Part shown: positions 41,046 to 51,900 of the stretch, piece by piece
Layout of the letters: every line of letters starts with the position of its first letter
Numbering within the stretch: the stretch's first letter is position 1
Assembly: GCA_964016885.1 (NCBI GenBank)
Contig: OZ024744.1
Location: 36,208,001-36,272,000 of the forward strand
Length of the DNA stretch: 64,000 bases
Direction: 5' to 3'
DNA from: Eledone cirrhosa
Lineage: Eukaryota
Notes under the pieces: generated by a model
Seen by the model: only the letters and a program-made list of their open reading frames with translations
Database searches by the model: none
Told to the model about the DNA's origin: nothing
Program-made: the position numbers and the translations under genes

Positions 41046-44000
41046 ATGTCCTCACTCAGAATAGGCAGCATAAATGCGCGTGGCTTGGAGTCGTCATGGA
41101 AGCAGGGCCACCTGCTCAACGACCTTAGGTCACTAAACATAGATGTAGTGGCCATCAGCGAGACCAGAATCTCCGAAGCACAGGCTTTCGCACCGATCTT
41201 CGGCGGCTACGATGTGTACGCATCTCCCAGCGGTCCGGGATCGGGGGGAGGAGTTGCTGTGCTTTTTCGGAGAGGTTTGGATCTTGCCATACGGGCCATC
41301 TTCCTGGACCCAGAAGGTAAGTTGGTGGTGCTGGACGTGACCAGCGGAGACGGGCAAGCTTTCAGGTTAGTGGCCGTCTATGCCCCGACAGGAGCAGGGC
41401 GGCCTGATTTCTTCCGGCGTCTGGAGACCTTTCTTGGAACGTCCCGCTCTTTAGTGTTAGTGGGCGACTGGAACGGGATCTTAGATGCACGCTGGGATTG
41501 TGTGGGATTAGTGGATAGGGAAGGAGGGTGCAAGAGTCTCACCAACCTGCTCAGACGTTTTGAACTGTCTGACAGGTACCGAATGGATTTCCCGAATGTA
41601 CCAATGTGGACTTGGACAAATCGCATAGGGTCATCCAGATCATATCTAGATAGAGTATTTTGTAGGGAAATAGATAGGTCTAGCATAGGCTGTCCACAAT
41701 TCAAGATAGTCAGCTACACGGACCACAAATTCGTGATCTGTGTGCTTGACTTAGATAAGCTTCATAGACGAGGACCCGGCTACTGGAAGCTAAACGCGTC
41801 CTTACCAGCGCGCAAGGCCTACAGAGACCGGATTAGCGAACTAGTTAAGCGGGCGTTGACGGGGGCCATCGTCAACAACAAGTGGTGGTTTGCTCTTAAA
41901 AGAGCAATTAGAATAGAGTCCATTAGGTTTAGTAAGACTTTAGCAATAGAGAAAAATAGAGCAGAGGGAGAATTAGTTAGAAAATTAGATGAGGCGCTTA
42001 GCAAAGGCATCGCGACCGACGTGCTTGCGGCGAAACTGGCCCTTGACCAATTCTTCAATGCAAAGCACGAAGGCTGCGTTGTCAGAGCTAGGGTGCGTGC
42101 TCTCAGACACGAGGGGACGAAAGCCGTTGAATGGGCCCGAGTGGCGGAGGCGCGTCGTGGCAACAGAGCCACGATCCGGTCTTTGGTGGACCACGACGGG
42201 CGCATGCTACTCGATCCCGGGCAAATGTGTGAAGCTTTTCAGCGACACTTCGCTCAACTGTTCGGGGGCAGTGGCGGGCCGGTTCGAGGGATGGACTTTA
42301 CTGTCTACCTCGACGGACTGCCGCGGCTTTCGGCCACTGAGGCGGAGTGTTGCGAAAAGCCGATAACAACCGCTGAAGTACGGGATGCAATGACTAGTTG
42401 CACAAGGGGTAAATCGCCTGGTTTGGATGGTCTGCCCTATGAACTTTACGTACAAATGCCAAACTTGTTCGGAGGCCTCTTGGCGGACGTCTACTGCAAC
42501 TGGCAACAGAACGGGAGAATTCCCAGCTCTGTGAGCCGAGGAGCGGTGGCGCTGCTGAGAAAGGATCCGAACAAGGGGGATAACGTAGATAATTTTAGGC
42601 CCATAACTCTGCTAAACACAGAGTTCAAGATTTTGGCCAAGGTGCTAGCAAAGAGTTTGGCGCTTGTCGTTGGTGGTCTGGTGGGAGAGGCACAGACATG
42701 CGCCATTCCCGAAAGATCCATCCACGACAACCTCCATCTCATGCGATACATCGTAGAGAGGGTAGCTAGGGAACCTGGCACGGGTGGGTCTTTGATCAAT
42801 TTAGATCAGTCGAAAGCCTTCGATAGAGTCGACCATCGTTACCTAACGTCAGTCCTGAGGGCGGCTGGATTTGGGCCCGTCTTCAGAGGCTGGATCGCTG
42901 CCATGCACAGCGACATCTGCTCCGTAGTGAGAGTGAACGGTCACCTTTCGGAACCGTTCAACATCATGCTCTCGGTCCGCCAAGGATGTCCCCTCTCGTC
43001 CCTATTGTACGTATTGACTCTCGAGCCATTACTGCACAAACTGGAGACGATGAGGGGGGTCCCGCGCGAACTGGGATGCGGAAGATCCGTGTCAGCATAT
43101 GCCGACGATGTCACCGTAGTGGTGTCGAACGCCAAACACATCGAGGCGATCGGCACTACACTAAGAGAATACGAAGCGGTGACAGGAGCAATGATCAACC
43201 AGGAAAAGTCAGTGGGCCTGCAGCTCGGCACCTGGAGAGGCAGGTCCATGCCATCCAACAGCGTCGTCGGGCGCTGGACGGACGGACCGGTTAAATTGCT
43301 AGGGGTCTGGTTCGGTCCAGACCTCCAGACGGACAAAAACTGGGACGAGGTGACGAGCAGGGTGGCTTCTCTCACCCAGAAATGGGCCGAGAGGAAGCTA
43401 TCCCTGAAAGGTCGAGCGGAGGTGGCGAATGCGTACATCGCATCCGTCATCTACTACCGCCTGACCGTCGTACCTTGTCCTAAGCCCCGCCTGACTGCGC
43501 TGGAGCGTTTGCTCTTTCGCTTCTTGTGGAAGGGACGCGCTCCGATGGTCAGGCGGTCCATCTGCTGTCAACACCCGCTACGTGGAGGGCTGGGCATGCC
43601 GTGGCTGATGATGCGCAGACACGCGCTCAGGCTACGACATCTCCACCTCTTCCTCGACGGTGATCAGGTGTGGTCGCCGTTTGCAAGACACGTTTTTCCC
43701 CAGCTCGTCTCCTTGACGGAGCTGCAGTCCTGGGTCAAGCGAAGACCGAGAATGAGCGCTTGGAGACTGGAATGTCTTCAGGCGCTCACAGGCCTCGACC
43801 AATCGGGCAATGTGATCGGTGGAAACTCCATTTTGACGTTCTATAGGCGATTAGTGGAGGGGAAGAGCGACGACGTACTTGGAGAAACTCTAGGCGTTGA
43901 CGAAAATCAACTAGCCAATCTCTTCGGAAGGACTTTCGGGCCGGGGCCTATGGACAACTTACAGAAATCCCTGGCCTGGCAGTGCTACAGAGGAGCTTTG

Positions 44001-44465
44001 CCAGTTCGGGATAAACTCTACAGGCATGGAGGTGCCGTCAGCCGGGCATGTCCGAGATGCGCGCAGGGCGACGAAACCGTCCTGCACACACTCGTCCAGT
44101 GTCCGAGCATTGCTGACTTGTGGGTTTATGTCGAACACCTGCTGTCACGTGTAGGACGGATCCGGCTATCAGCTGAGTCCATCGTGAGGATTGCCCCGCC
44201 CCCTTCCTTTAGCCTGGAAGGGCAGGCAGTTTTTATTTGTCTGGTGGCCATGGCGAAAGAGATAGTATGGTGGACACGTTTGAAAGGGCTGAAGACGAGC
44301 ACTTACCTCGTCGGTGATGCCCTGATTAACTTTTTCAAATTTCATTTGAAAAGGAAAATCAGGGTAGAGAGGGAAGTGCTCTCTTCCCAGCATTTTGTTG
44401 AAAGATGGGTGAGAGAAGCAAGTATGGCCCGAATGAATGGGCCTTCTCTGAGTATGTGTCTGTAA
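41046..44465 (+). CDS. 1139-aa Tx1-like ORF2: APE endonuclease, RT, C-terminal zinc finger
   Basis: GSINARG, ISET, VYAP, VGDWN, LDRVF, TDH, GPGYWKLN, KSPGLDG, NFRPITLLN, LDQSKAFD, VRQGCPLS, AYADD, CPRC..ETVLH..C. Confidence 0.95.
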   Translation: MSSLRIGSINARGLESSWKQGHLLNDLRSLNIDVVAISETRISEAQAFAPIFGGYDVYASPSGPGSGGGVAVLFRRGLDLAIRAIFLDPEGKLVVLDVTSGDGQAFRLVAVYAPTGAGRPDFFRRLETFLGTSRSLVLVGDWNGILDARWDCVGLVDREGGCKSLTNLLRRFELSDRYRMDFPNVPMWTWTNRIGSSRSYLDRVFCREIDRSSIGCPQFKIVSYTDHKFVICVLDLDKLHRRGPGYWKLNASLPARKAYRDRISELVKRALTGAIVNNKWWFALKRAIRIESIRFSKTLAIEKNRAEGELVRKLDEALSKGIATDVLAAKLALDQFFNAKHEGCVVRARVRALRHEGTKAVEWARVAEARRGNRATIRSLVDHDGRMLLDPGQMCEAFQRHFAQLFGGSGGPVRGMDFTVYLDGLPRLSATEAECCEKPITTAEVRDAMTSCTRGKSPGLDGLPYELYVQMPNLFGGLLADVYCNWQQNGRIPSSVSRGAVALLRKDPNKGDNVDNFRPITLLNTEFKILAKVLAKSLALVVGGLVGEAQTCAIPERSIHDNLHLMRYIVERVAREPGTGGSLINLDQSKAFDRVDHRYLTSVLRAAGFGPVFRGWIAAMHSDICSVVRVNGHLSEPFNIMLSVRQGCPLSSLLYVLTLEPLLHKLETMRGVPRELGCGRSVSAYADDVTVVVSNAKHIEAIGTTLREYEAVTGAMINQEKSVGLQLGTWRGRSMPSNSVVGRWTDGPVKLLGVWFGPDLQTDKNWDEVTSRVASLTQKWAERKLSLKGRAEVANAYIASVIYYRLTVVPCPKPRLTALERLLFRFLWKGRAPMVRRSICCQHPLRGGLGMPWLMMRRHALRLRHLHLFLDGDQVWSPFARHVFPQLVSLTELQSWVKRRPRMSAWRLECLQALTGLDQSGNVIGGNSILTFYRRLVEGKSDDVLGETLGVDENQLANLFGRTFGPGPMDNLQKSLAWQCYRGALPVRDKLYRHGGAVSRACPRCAQGDETVLHTLVQCPSIADLWVYVEHLLSRVGRIRLSAESIVRIAPPPSFSLEGQAVFICLVAMAKEIVWWTRLKGLKTSTYLVGDALINFFKFHLKRKIRVEREVLSSQHFVERWVREASMARMNGPSLSMCL

Positions 44466-44698
44466 ATTAAAGGTGGAAAACTGGGAGAGGCCACTTGCCC
44501 TGGTGGTCAGGGCCACTGTGGTCTTTTAATGGGCTTTCTCCACAAATGTCCCTTGGAAGTCTCCCCCCTATTGGGGAATTTTTCTTTGTTATTTTATTTC
44601 AACCTCTGTTTTTTTACACGCAGAAATGCCCATTTGTACCGTCCTGTATTGTCCTTAATGTCTACTTTATGTGAACCCTTGTGGTTAATAAAGAAAAC

Positions 44699-44751
<53 letters not shown>

Positions 44752-44752
<1 letters not shown>

Positions 44753-44845
44753 CCCACCGAGGTTAACTTTGCCTTTCATCCTTACGGCCTCGATAAAATA
44801 AATACAGTGGGATAATTGCTGGCCTTGTGCCAATTATAGAAACAA
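44752..44845 (+). mobile_element. 5'-truncated SINE inserted in the (TTA)n tail of Tx1 copy B
   Basis: CCGAGGTTAACTTTGCCTTTCATCC...GCTGGCCTTGTGCC...AGAAAC-(AATT). Confidence 0.78.
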
Positions 44846-44870
44846 TTATTATTATTATTATTACTGTTAT

Positions 44871-47800
44871 TTGAGTCTCAGACATTGATGTTATTTAACT
44901 GGAAAGTTTGTTGAAATGAATATCAAACCACTACCTGCAGCCTCAGACATTCAGGACGTATCGGAGAGTTCTTGCTGTTTCCAGCAAGCATGCCTTTTGA
45001 AGTGTTCCAAAACGCGGGGCTGGACTAATCTTCTTTAACCATCCTTGGAAACTCTTTGAGATATTAACTAGTGCGCCTATGACAATCGGGACGACCTCGA
45101 TTTCATGGCAGTTCCAAATCCTTTTTAACTCCCACTTTAAATCCTGATATCGGTTAATTTTCTCCCCCTCCTTTTTTTTTGCACTCTTGTGTCAAAGGGG
45201 CAGGCTACATCTACAATCAGGCACGATCTTTTTTCCTCGCCCCAAACCAGTAAGTCAGGCGTATTGTGTTCTAATTTCTTGTCCGTCTGTATCCTAAAAT
45301 CCTATAGCACCTTCACCTGATCGTTTTCTATCACCGACTCTGGCTTACGTTCATACCACTTCTCAGAATGTGGTAAATTGTTTACTTTGCATAGATGCCA
45401 GTGGATCACGCTGCCTATCACATCATGTCTCCAGCCTTTATAGTGAATCTGGGCTAGGTGTTTGCACTCGAATACAATGTAAGCCACAGTGAGCTAGCCT
45501 CCTCCTTGTCAATATGAAGTTTCACCCACTTCGTTCTGATGGCTTGCCCTTCTGTAGCTTTTTAAAGGTCTCCTCTTTTTAACCAGTTCCATGACTGTGG
45601 ATCTCTAAATTTCTTTTCTAAAAGAAGGTGCTATGAAGGGATTTTCCGTGAAGGTTGCTCTTCCTCCTTGTTGTTATTTCCTCCTTGGACATACCCTGGT
45701 CTATTGTCTTCTCCTTCAGTACAATTTTGAGCATTGGCTCCGTACTGTCAGTCACATATTTGTGCAAGTCGTTTTTCTCCATCTGAACAGAGTCCTCTAT
45801 GCTGATAAGACCTCTTCCACCTTCATATCTCTTTAAGTAGAGTCTATCGACATCACTCCTCTTGTGGAACATGTTGTAGATAGTCAATAGCTTCCTAGTC
45901 TTCCTATCCATTTCTTTTTGTTCAGCAACATTCCATCTCAGAATTCCCGCACTGTACCTAATAATAGACACAGCTCGGGAATTTACTGCACTTATGGCAT
46001 TCATACTATTTAGATGTGATAGTAATACGCTCCTTACTCTCCTTATGGACTTAGATCTCATAAATTCCTTCATTTTTTTTTTCTTGACGTCATCTGCTTC
46101 CAGAACACCTAAATATTTGTATCCATCTTCAGAGTCAATTTCCTTTTCCATCTCACCTGTTGGTACCTGGATTCCGTTGCTTCTGCTCAATGTACCTCTC
46201 TTCATCTCTAGAACTCCACACGTATTAATACCAAATTCCACACATATATCATTGCTGAAAATACGGACATCCAACTCCTTCTTACCCTTCCCAAAGAGTT
46301 TAAGATGGTCCATAAAGAGGAGGTGGTTGATGGTAAGCTCTCCTCTTCCCAACTTGTATCCTGCTCTCACTTTTCGCAATATAACGGACAGGGGTATCAG
46401 GGCAAGGTCAAATAGCAGAGGGGACACACTATCTCCCTGGAAGATAACTCTCTTGATCTTCACGCCTCCCAAGAATTCTCCACCTGATGTTAACTCTGTT
46501 TCCCAGGAATTCATACTTTTGCTCAACAACTGTCTGATGTTATCTGCATTCTTGAAAATCTCTAGGCTTTTGGTTATCCAAGAATGAGGTACCATGTCGA
46601 ATGCTTTTTTGTAATCTATCCATCCCATGGCAAGACCAGTGTGTCTCCTCTTGCAATTCCTCATTACCATCTTATCAATAAGTAACTGGTCTTTTGTACC
46701 ACGGGACTTCTTTCGGCATCCTTTCTCTTCATCCTGTAACAAGTTGTTTATGTGCAGGTGATGGTAGATTTCCTCAGACACAAAATCTTGTTAACAGTTT
46801 CCACATTACGGACAGACATGTGATAGGCCTATAGTTGATAACATCATTACCCTTGATTCGGTCTTTCATTACCAGAACTGTGGTACCTTTTGTCAACCAC
46901 TCTGATACTTCACCCGACATCAAGCAGTCCTTGAACATGGTTGTCAGTTTCGGGTGGATGGATGTTATATTTTTAATCCAATACCCTTGCACACCATCTG
47001 GGCCTGGTGATTTCCAGTTGGTTAGTTTTTTGGCCTGTATTTTAAGAGTTTCAGCTGTGATACTCAAATCAGTTTGTTGGTGTGCTTGTTCACTTATCTC
47101 CTTTTGAGCTGTCTCAATCCACACTGCCTGACTATTATGTTCAACATCCTGCTCCCATATTCCTCTCCAGAATGTCTTAGTCTGTTCCGCCTCAGGGATC
47201 ACGTCGTTGCCTCTTTCTTTCCCTTCAAGCTGTCCACACAACATCTTCTGGTTGTTGTCAAACATGCGGTTCTGTCTATACTGACTAACTCTGTTCTCAT
47301 ACCGCCTAATCTTTGCACTTTTTGCTACAATGCGTTGCTTCAGTTCCTCTATGATAATATTTAGCTCTTTCCCCCTAGTTTTGTATTTTATTTTCAATCT
47401 ATCTTTAGTGTCTATGTTTTGTTGTGTCCTATTCAGTAAAGACTCACACTTTCCAATGTCTTTTTGCCTCATATACTCCACTCTCCATTTCCAACTTAAT
47501 CTTTCTGCTCAGTTCCTCCAGTTTCAACTCGCTTATCCATCCATTAATTCTTATTACCCGAGCCTGCCCGGCCAATTCTTGTTCATCTAATTTAAATAGA
47601 CCAATCTCGTTCCAGGTGTTATGCATCCGTTTCCTATAGCCTTTTTCCATGGGGTTACTCTTCAGGTAACACTTCATGACAGTTCTATTCAATTCTTTCG
47701 TCCAGTTGGTTCTTGTCCCATTCCTTCTTCTTCCTCCAACACCAGCAGTATTTGGATTTGCTGGGCCAGGGAGCACTTGGTGGGTGAGAGTCTTTCATAT

Positions 47801-47920
47801 CATGTTCCAGTTTTCGAACTGTTTAGGTTCCACATTTAAACACTCATATCGGGGATTGGTGAATTTATGGTTACATAACTACCGGTGATTTTAGCGTGGC
47901 ACCATCACGCTGTAGACGGA
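44871..47920 (-). mobile_element. R4/Dong element copy 2 (decayed paralogue of 28416-32020)
   Basis: ORF pieces 47444-47776, 46774-47481, 45618-46781 and 45302-45487 are collinear with the 1130-aa ORF; same 3' UTR. Confidence 0.93.
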
Positions 47921-48243
47921 AGTAAATAAAGAAACAAATAAATAAATAAAAACATAAAAATTAAACATAAGTTTCATTGTAATGTTTGAATGTCTGACTT
48001 AGTTTTTTTTTTCCTTTTTGTTTTTCAAGGCCAGTAACATCGGTTACTAGTGTTGTTGTTGCTGCTGCCTTTTTTTAAATTTTAGCTACGCTAAGTTCGT
48101 AGTCGTAGCAACGAGGAAGATAGGGGAGGTGTTGTGTTCAAAACTTTTGAGATTTGTTTTTTTTTTGATGTTGCGTTTGTTTTTGTCTGTGTTCTGCTCA
48201 GTCATTTTTCGACTTGTTGCTTATCATTATTATTATTGTTTGA

Positions 48244-48420
48244 AGGGCGGTGGATTTGCAGTATCGGTAGAGGGTCGGATGCCATGCTTTGACGTATAGA
48301 GTTACGGCCCTTGCCATTCTGAGTTCAAATCCCGCCGAGGTTAACTTTGCCTTTCATCCTTACGGGGTCAATAAAATAATATACCAGGTAATTGCTGGCC
48401 TTGTGCCAAAAGTAGAAACA
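48244..48420 (+). mobile_element. Full-length tRNA-derived SINE with Pol III A/B boxes and (TTA)n tail
   Basis: A-box-like TTGCAGTATCGG, B box GAGTTCAAATCCC, body shared with the other copies. Confidence 0.8.
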
Positions 48421-48996
48421 ATTATTATTATTATTATTTGACATCGTTTAAACTAAACATTATGAGAGAATTTAAAGATACAACGACAATAATAATTATT
48501 ATTATGGTGTTGTTATTGGCTACTAAATCAGTCTATTTATATCTTTTGGTAGCTATCTCCTTTCTAGGCACTATTACCTTCCCTCTCCAGGAGGTAGTGA
48601 GGGAATAGTGGTGATAGCGATGATGGAGTGGCGACGGTGGTGATGGGGTAGTACTGTAGTGATGGTGTTGTTGCTGCTGTCGGTTTGTCTCTAGCTAAAT
48701 TTTGTGGTGGTGGTGGTGTTGGTGGTGAAATTATTTGGCTGTTGTTTTCTTCCATTTGTGACCATTTGTAACCATTTTCTTTTCTGACTATAACATTTCT
48801 GATACAAAATTAAATATTTGAGCCATATGCCAGAGTGTTATGTGTTGTCACTTCCTGAGAGTTAAGAAGGGTGCCTTATGTCCCATTTGTAATAATAATT
48901 ATTCTATCACAATTGTTTTAAATATGTAAATAATCAAAAACTTACGGGACCAATTCCATAACACTCTATCCACTATGTGCTTAGTCTTCCCTTATT

Positions 48997-51900
48997 CTCA
49001 AAATTTAAGCTTTATTTTATCAAACAAAAATTTCTTTGAAAAAAAAAAACATGGACGGCATTCAGCTACCCAAATCTACTGACAGCGTTTCTAACAGACT
49101 AACATCTCCCACTACCACCACCACCATTGTAAACCTTGCCACGGTTGCCAACACTGAAAATATAAGTAATATCAGTGACAATTATTTAGATTTGTCACAT
49201 GCAGACATGGATTTCCTGCCATTACCAATGTCTACAGGTGTTAAAGCTGCCATCCCCACCACCACAATGTCAAAAAGAACAACCAACACCACTGATACCA
49301 CCACCACCACCACTACAGCAACAACTGAAAAAAAAATTATTATCTCCTGATATCGAAATGGATTCTCCGAAAATCGACTCTTCCACGCCGAACGCCACTG
49401 ACACCATGTCGAGTGGAACGGGCATCCGAGTCCCAGATACAAAAAGCTTTGGGACATGTGTGGGCTCAAAAAACCCACAACAGACGTGGGCAAAGATATG
49501 GAACCGTGGACGTGTTCTTAGGAACCCCACGGGAAGCCAGAGAGCACTCCATGGCCCCATTATAAAGTGACGAGTTCACACTCGTCCCAAGCTATTGGGG
49601 TAAGAGGCTGGTAAGGATCAGGGTGACCCAGGTTCCGCCGGCCATTGAAATTCCCTGGCTAATGGCTGCCGTCCTCGCTGACACTAAATTAATTGAGGTG
49701 ATACAAATAAAGCAGGAGAACTAGTCCGGATCTGAGATGGAGCTCCTTTCCAAGCAGACCAAAAACACATACAGGAAATTCCAGAGGTGATAGACCTCAA
49801 TGACGGCAGCCACCTCATCGTAATCGTTGAGGGTAGAAGGCCTACGTGTGTCGTTTATGGCGAAGGAACCCGCCGAAAGGCTTTCTGCCCTCAAGCTAAA
49901 AAGTTGAGGCCACCTCTCCTGCCCACCCCAGTGACTCAACCAACAAAAACAGCAGCAGAATTGGCAGCAACAACTGTAGCAGCAACAACAGAAGCAACTG
50001 TAGCAGCAACAGTAGCAAAACCAACACCACCACCACGCACCGCGCCAGAATTAGCACCAGCGCCTCCACCATACCACACCACAACCAAAACCAACGCCTG
50101 TGGAGGATTTTCCACTGCCCGACCTCTCACAACTGGAGACAGATTGTGACGACGAGGAGTGGGAAACTGTATCTGGACAAAAGAAAAAAAAAGAAACCAA
50201 ACAAGAAAAAATCCTCTTTCTTCGCCCTCTAAAAACAAAATGTAGGGCGAAAGAAACCAACAAACTAACAACAAAGTTAAGACAGCTATGTCACCACCCA
50301 CACCAGCATCACCAGCCCCATCACCACAAACACCAACACCATCACCATCATTAACCGCAACACCACCATCACCTACACCACAAAAATCATTAACAAGCGA
50401 AACAGAAACAAACACAAACAAAACAAAACAACCAAAACGATACACACTACACAGCATTAAATTTGAACAACAACCAATTATTACACTACATCCAATACAA
50501 CACCAGTATCACAGAAAAAGACTACACAACACCGCAAAAATGAACGCCACCTCCACACATACAAATCACTCGCATCACACAGAAAACATACACGACACTA
50601 AAATTAAAATTCCCAAAAGACATCGGAGACTTCCGAGAAGACCTCTCCAGGAGGATTTATAAGGACATCCTTCCGTAGGGGGCCACAAACAGTGAGAAGG
50701 ACGGAAAAACCATCCTTCCCCCACAAGAAGTGAGGTAAGTGGTCTTTCCCATCTTTTTCAACTCCTTTTTAACAGGACCTTACTCAGAATAGGCAGTATA
50801 AATGCGCGTGGCCTGGGGTCGTCATGGAAGCAGTGTCAACTGCTGAACGACCTCAGGTCACTAAACATAGATGTGGTGGCCATCAGCGAGACCAGAATCT
50901 CCAGAGCACGAGCCTTAGCACCGATCTTCGGCAGCTACGATGTATACACATCTCCCAGCCTTCCAGGATCGGGGGGAAGGAGGGAGTTTCTGTGCTTTTT
51001 CGGAGAGGCTTAGATCTCACCATACGGGCCATTTTCCTGGACCCAGAAGGTAAGTTGGTTGTGCTGGACGTGGCCAGCGGAGACGGCCAAGCTTTCATGC
51101 TAGTGGCTGTCTATGACCCGACAGGAGCAGGGCAGCCTGATTTCTTCTGGCGTCTGGAGACCTTTCTTGGAACGTCCTGCTCTTTAGGGTTAGTGGGCGA
51201 CTGGAACGGGATCTTAGATGCACCCTGGAACTGTATGGGATTAGCGGATAGAGGAGGACGGTGTAAAATCGTCGCAAACCTGCTCAGACGGTTTCAACTG
51301 TCTGAAAGGTACCGTCTGATTCTCCCGAATGTGCCAATGTGGACATGGACAAAACGCATCGCGTCATCCAGATCATATCTAGATAGAGTATTTTGTAGGG
51401 AAATAAATAGGTCTAGCATAGGCTGTCAACAATCCAAAATATTCTACTACACGGACCACAAATTCGGGATCTGTGGGGTTGACTTAGATAGGCTTCATAG
51501 ACAGGGACCAGGCTACTGGAAGTTAAACGCGTCGATGACAGCGTGCAAGCCTACAGAGACCGGATTACCGAACTAGTTAAGCGGGCGTTGACGGGACCCA
51601 TCGTCAACAACAAATGGTAGTTTGCTCAGAAAAGGCCGATTAAAAGAGAGTCCATTAGGTTTAGTAAGGCGTTAGCAATAGAGAAAAATAGAGCAGAGGG
51701 ATAATAGAAAATTAGATAAGGCGCTTAGCAAAGGCATCGCGACCGATTGCAGCGAAATTGGCCCTCGACCAATTCTTCAATGCAAAGCACGAAGGCTGCG
51801 TTGTCAGTGGTAGGGTCCGTGCTCTCAGATACGAGAGCACGACAGCCGTTGAATAGGCCCGAGTGGCACGACGGACGCATGCTGCTCGAACCCGGGCAAA

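Larger units (their letters stand above)
38860..44698 (+). mobile_element. Tx1-like element, copy B (ORF2 intact)
   Basis: Head-to-tail with copy A through (TTA)n; same termini. Confidence 0.95.

Noticed and set aside
35230-44516. Antisense and alternate-frame ORFs repeated in each Tx1 or Dong copy
   Set aside because: Shadow ORFs conserved only through copy identity; no motifs.
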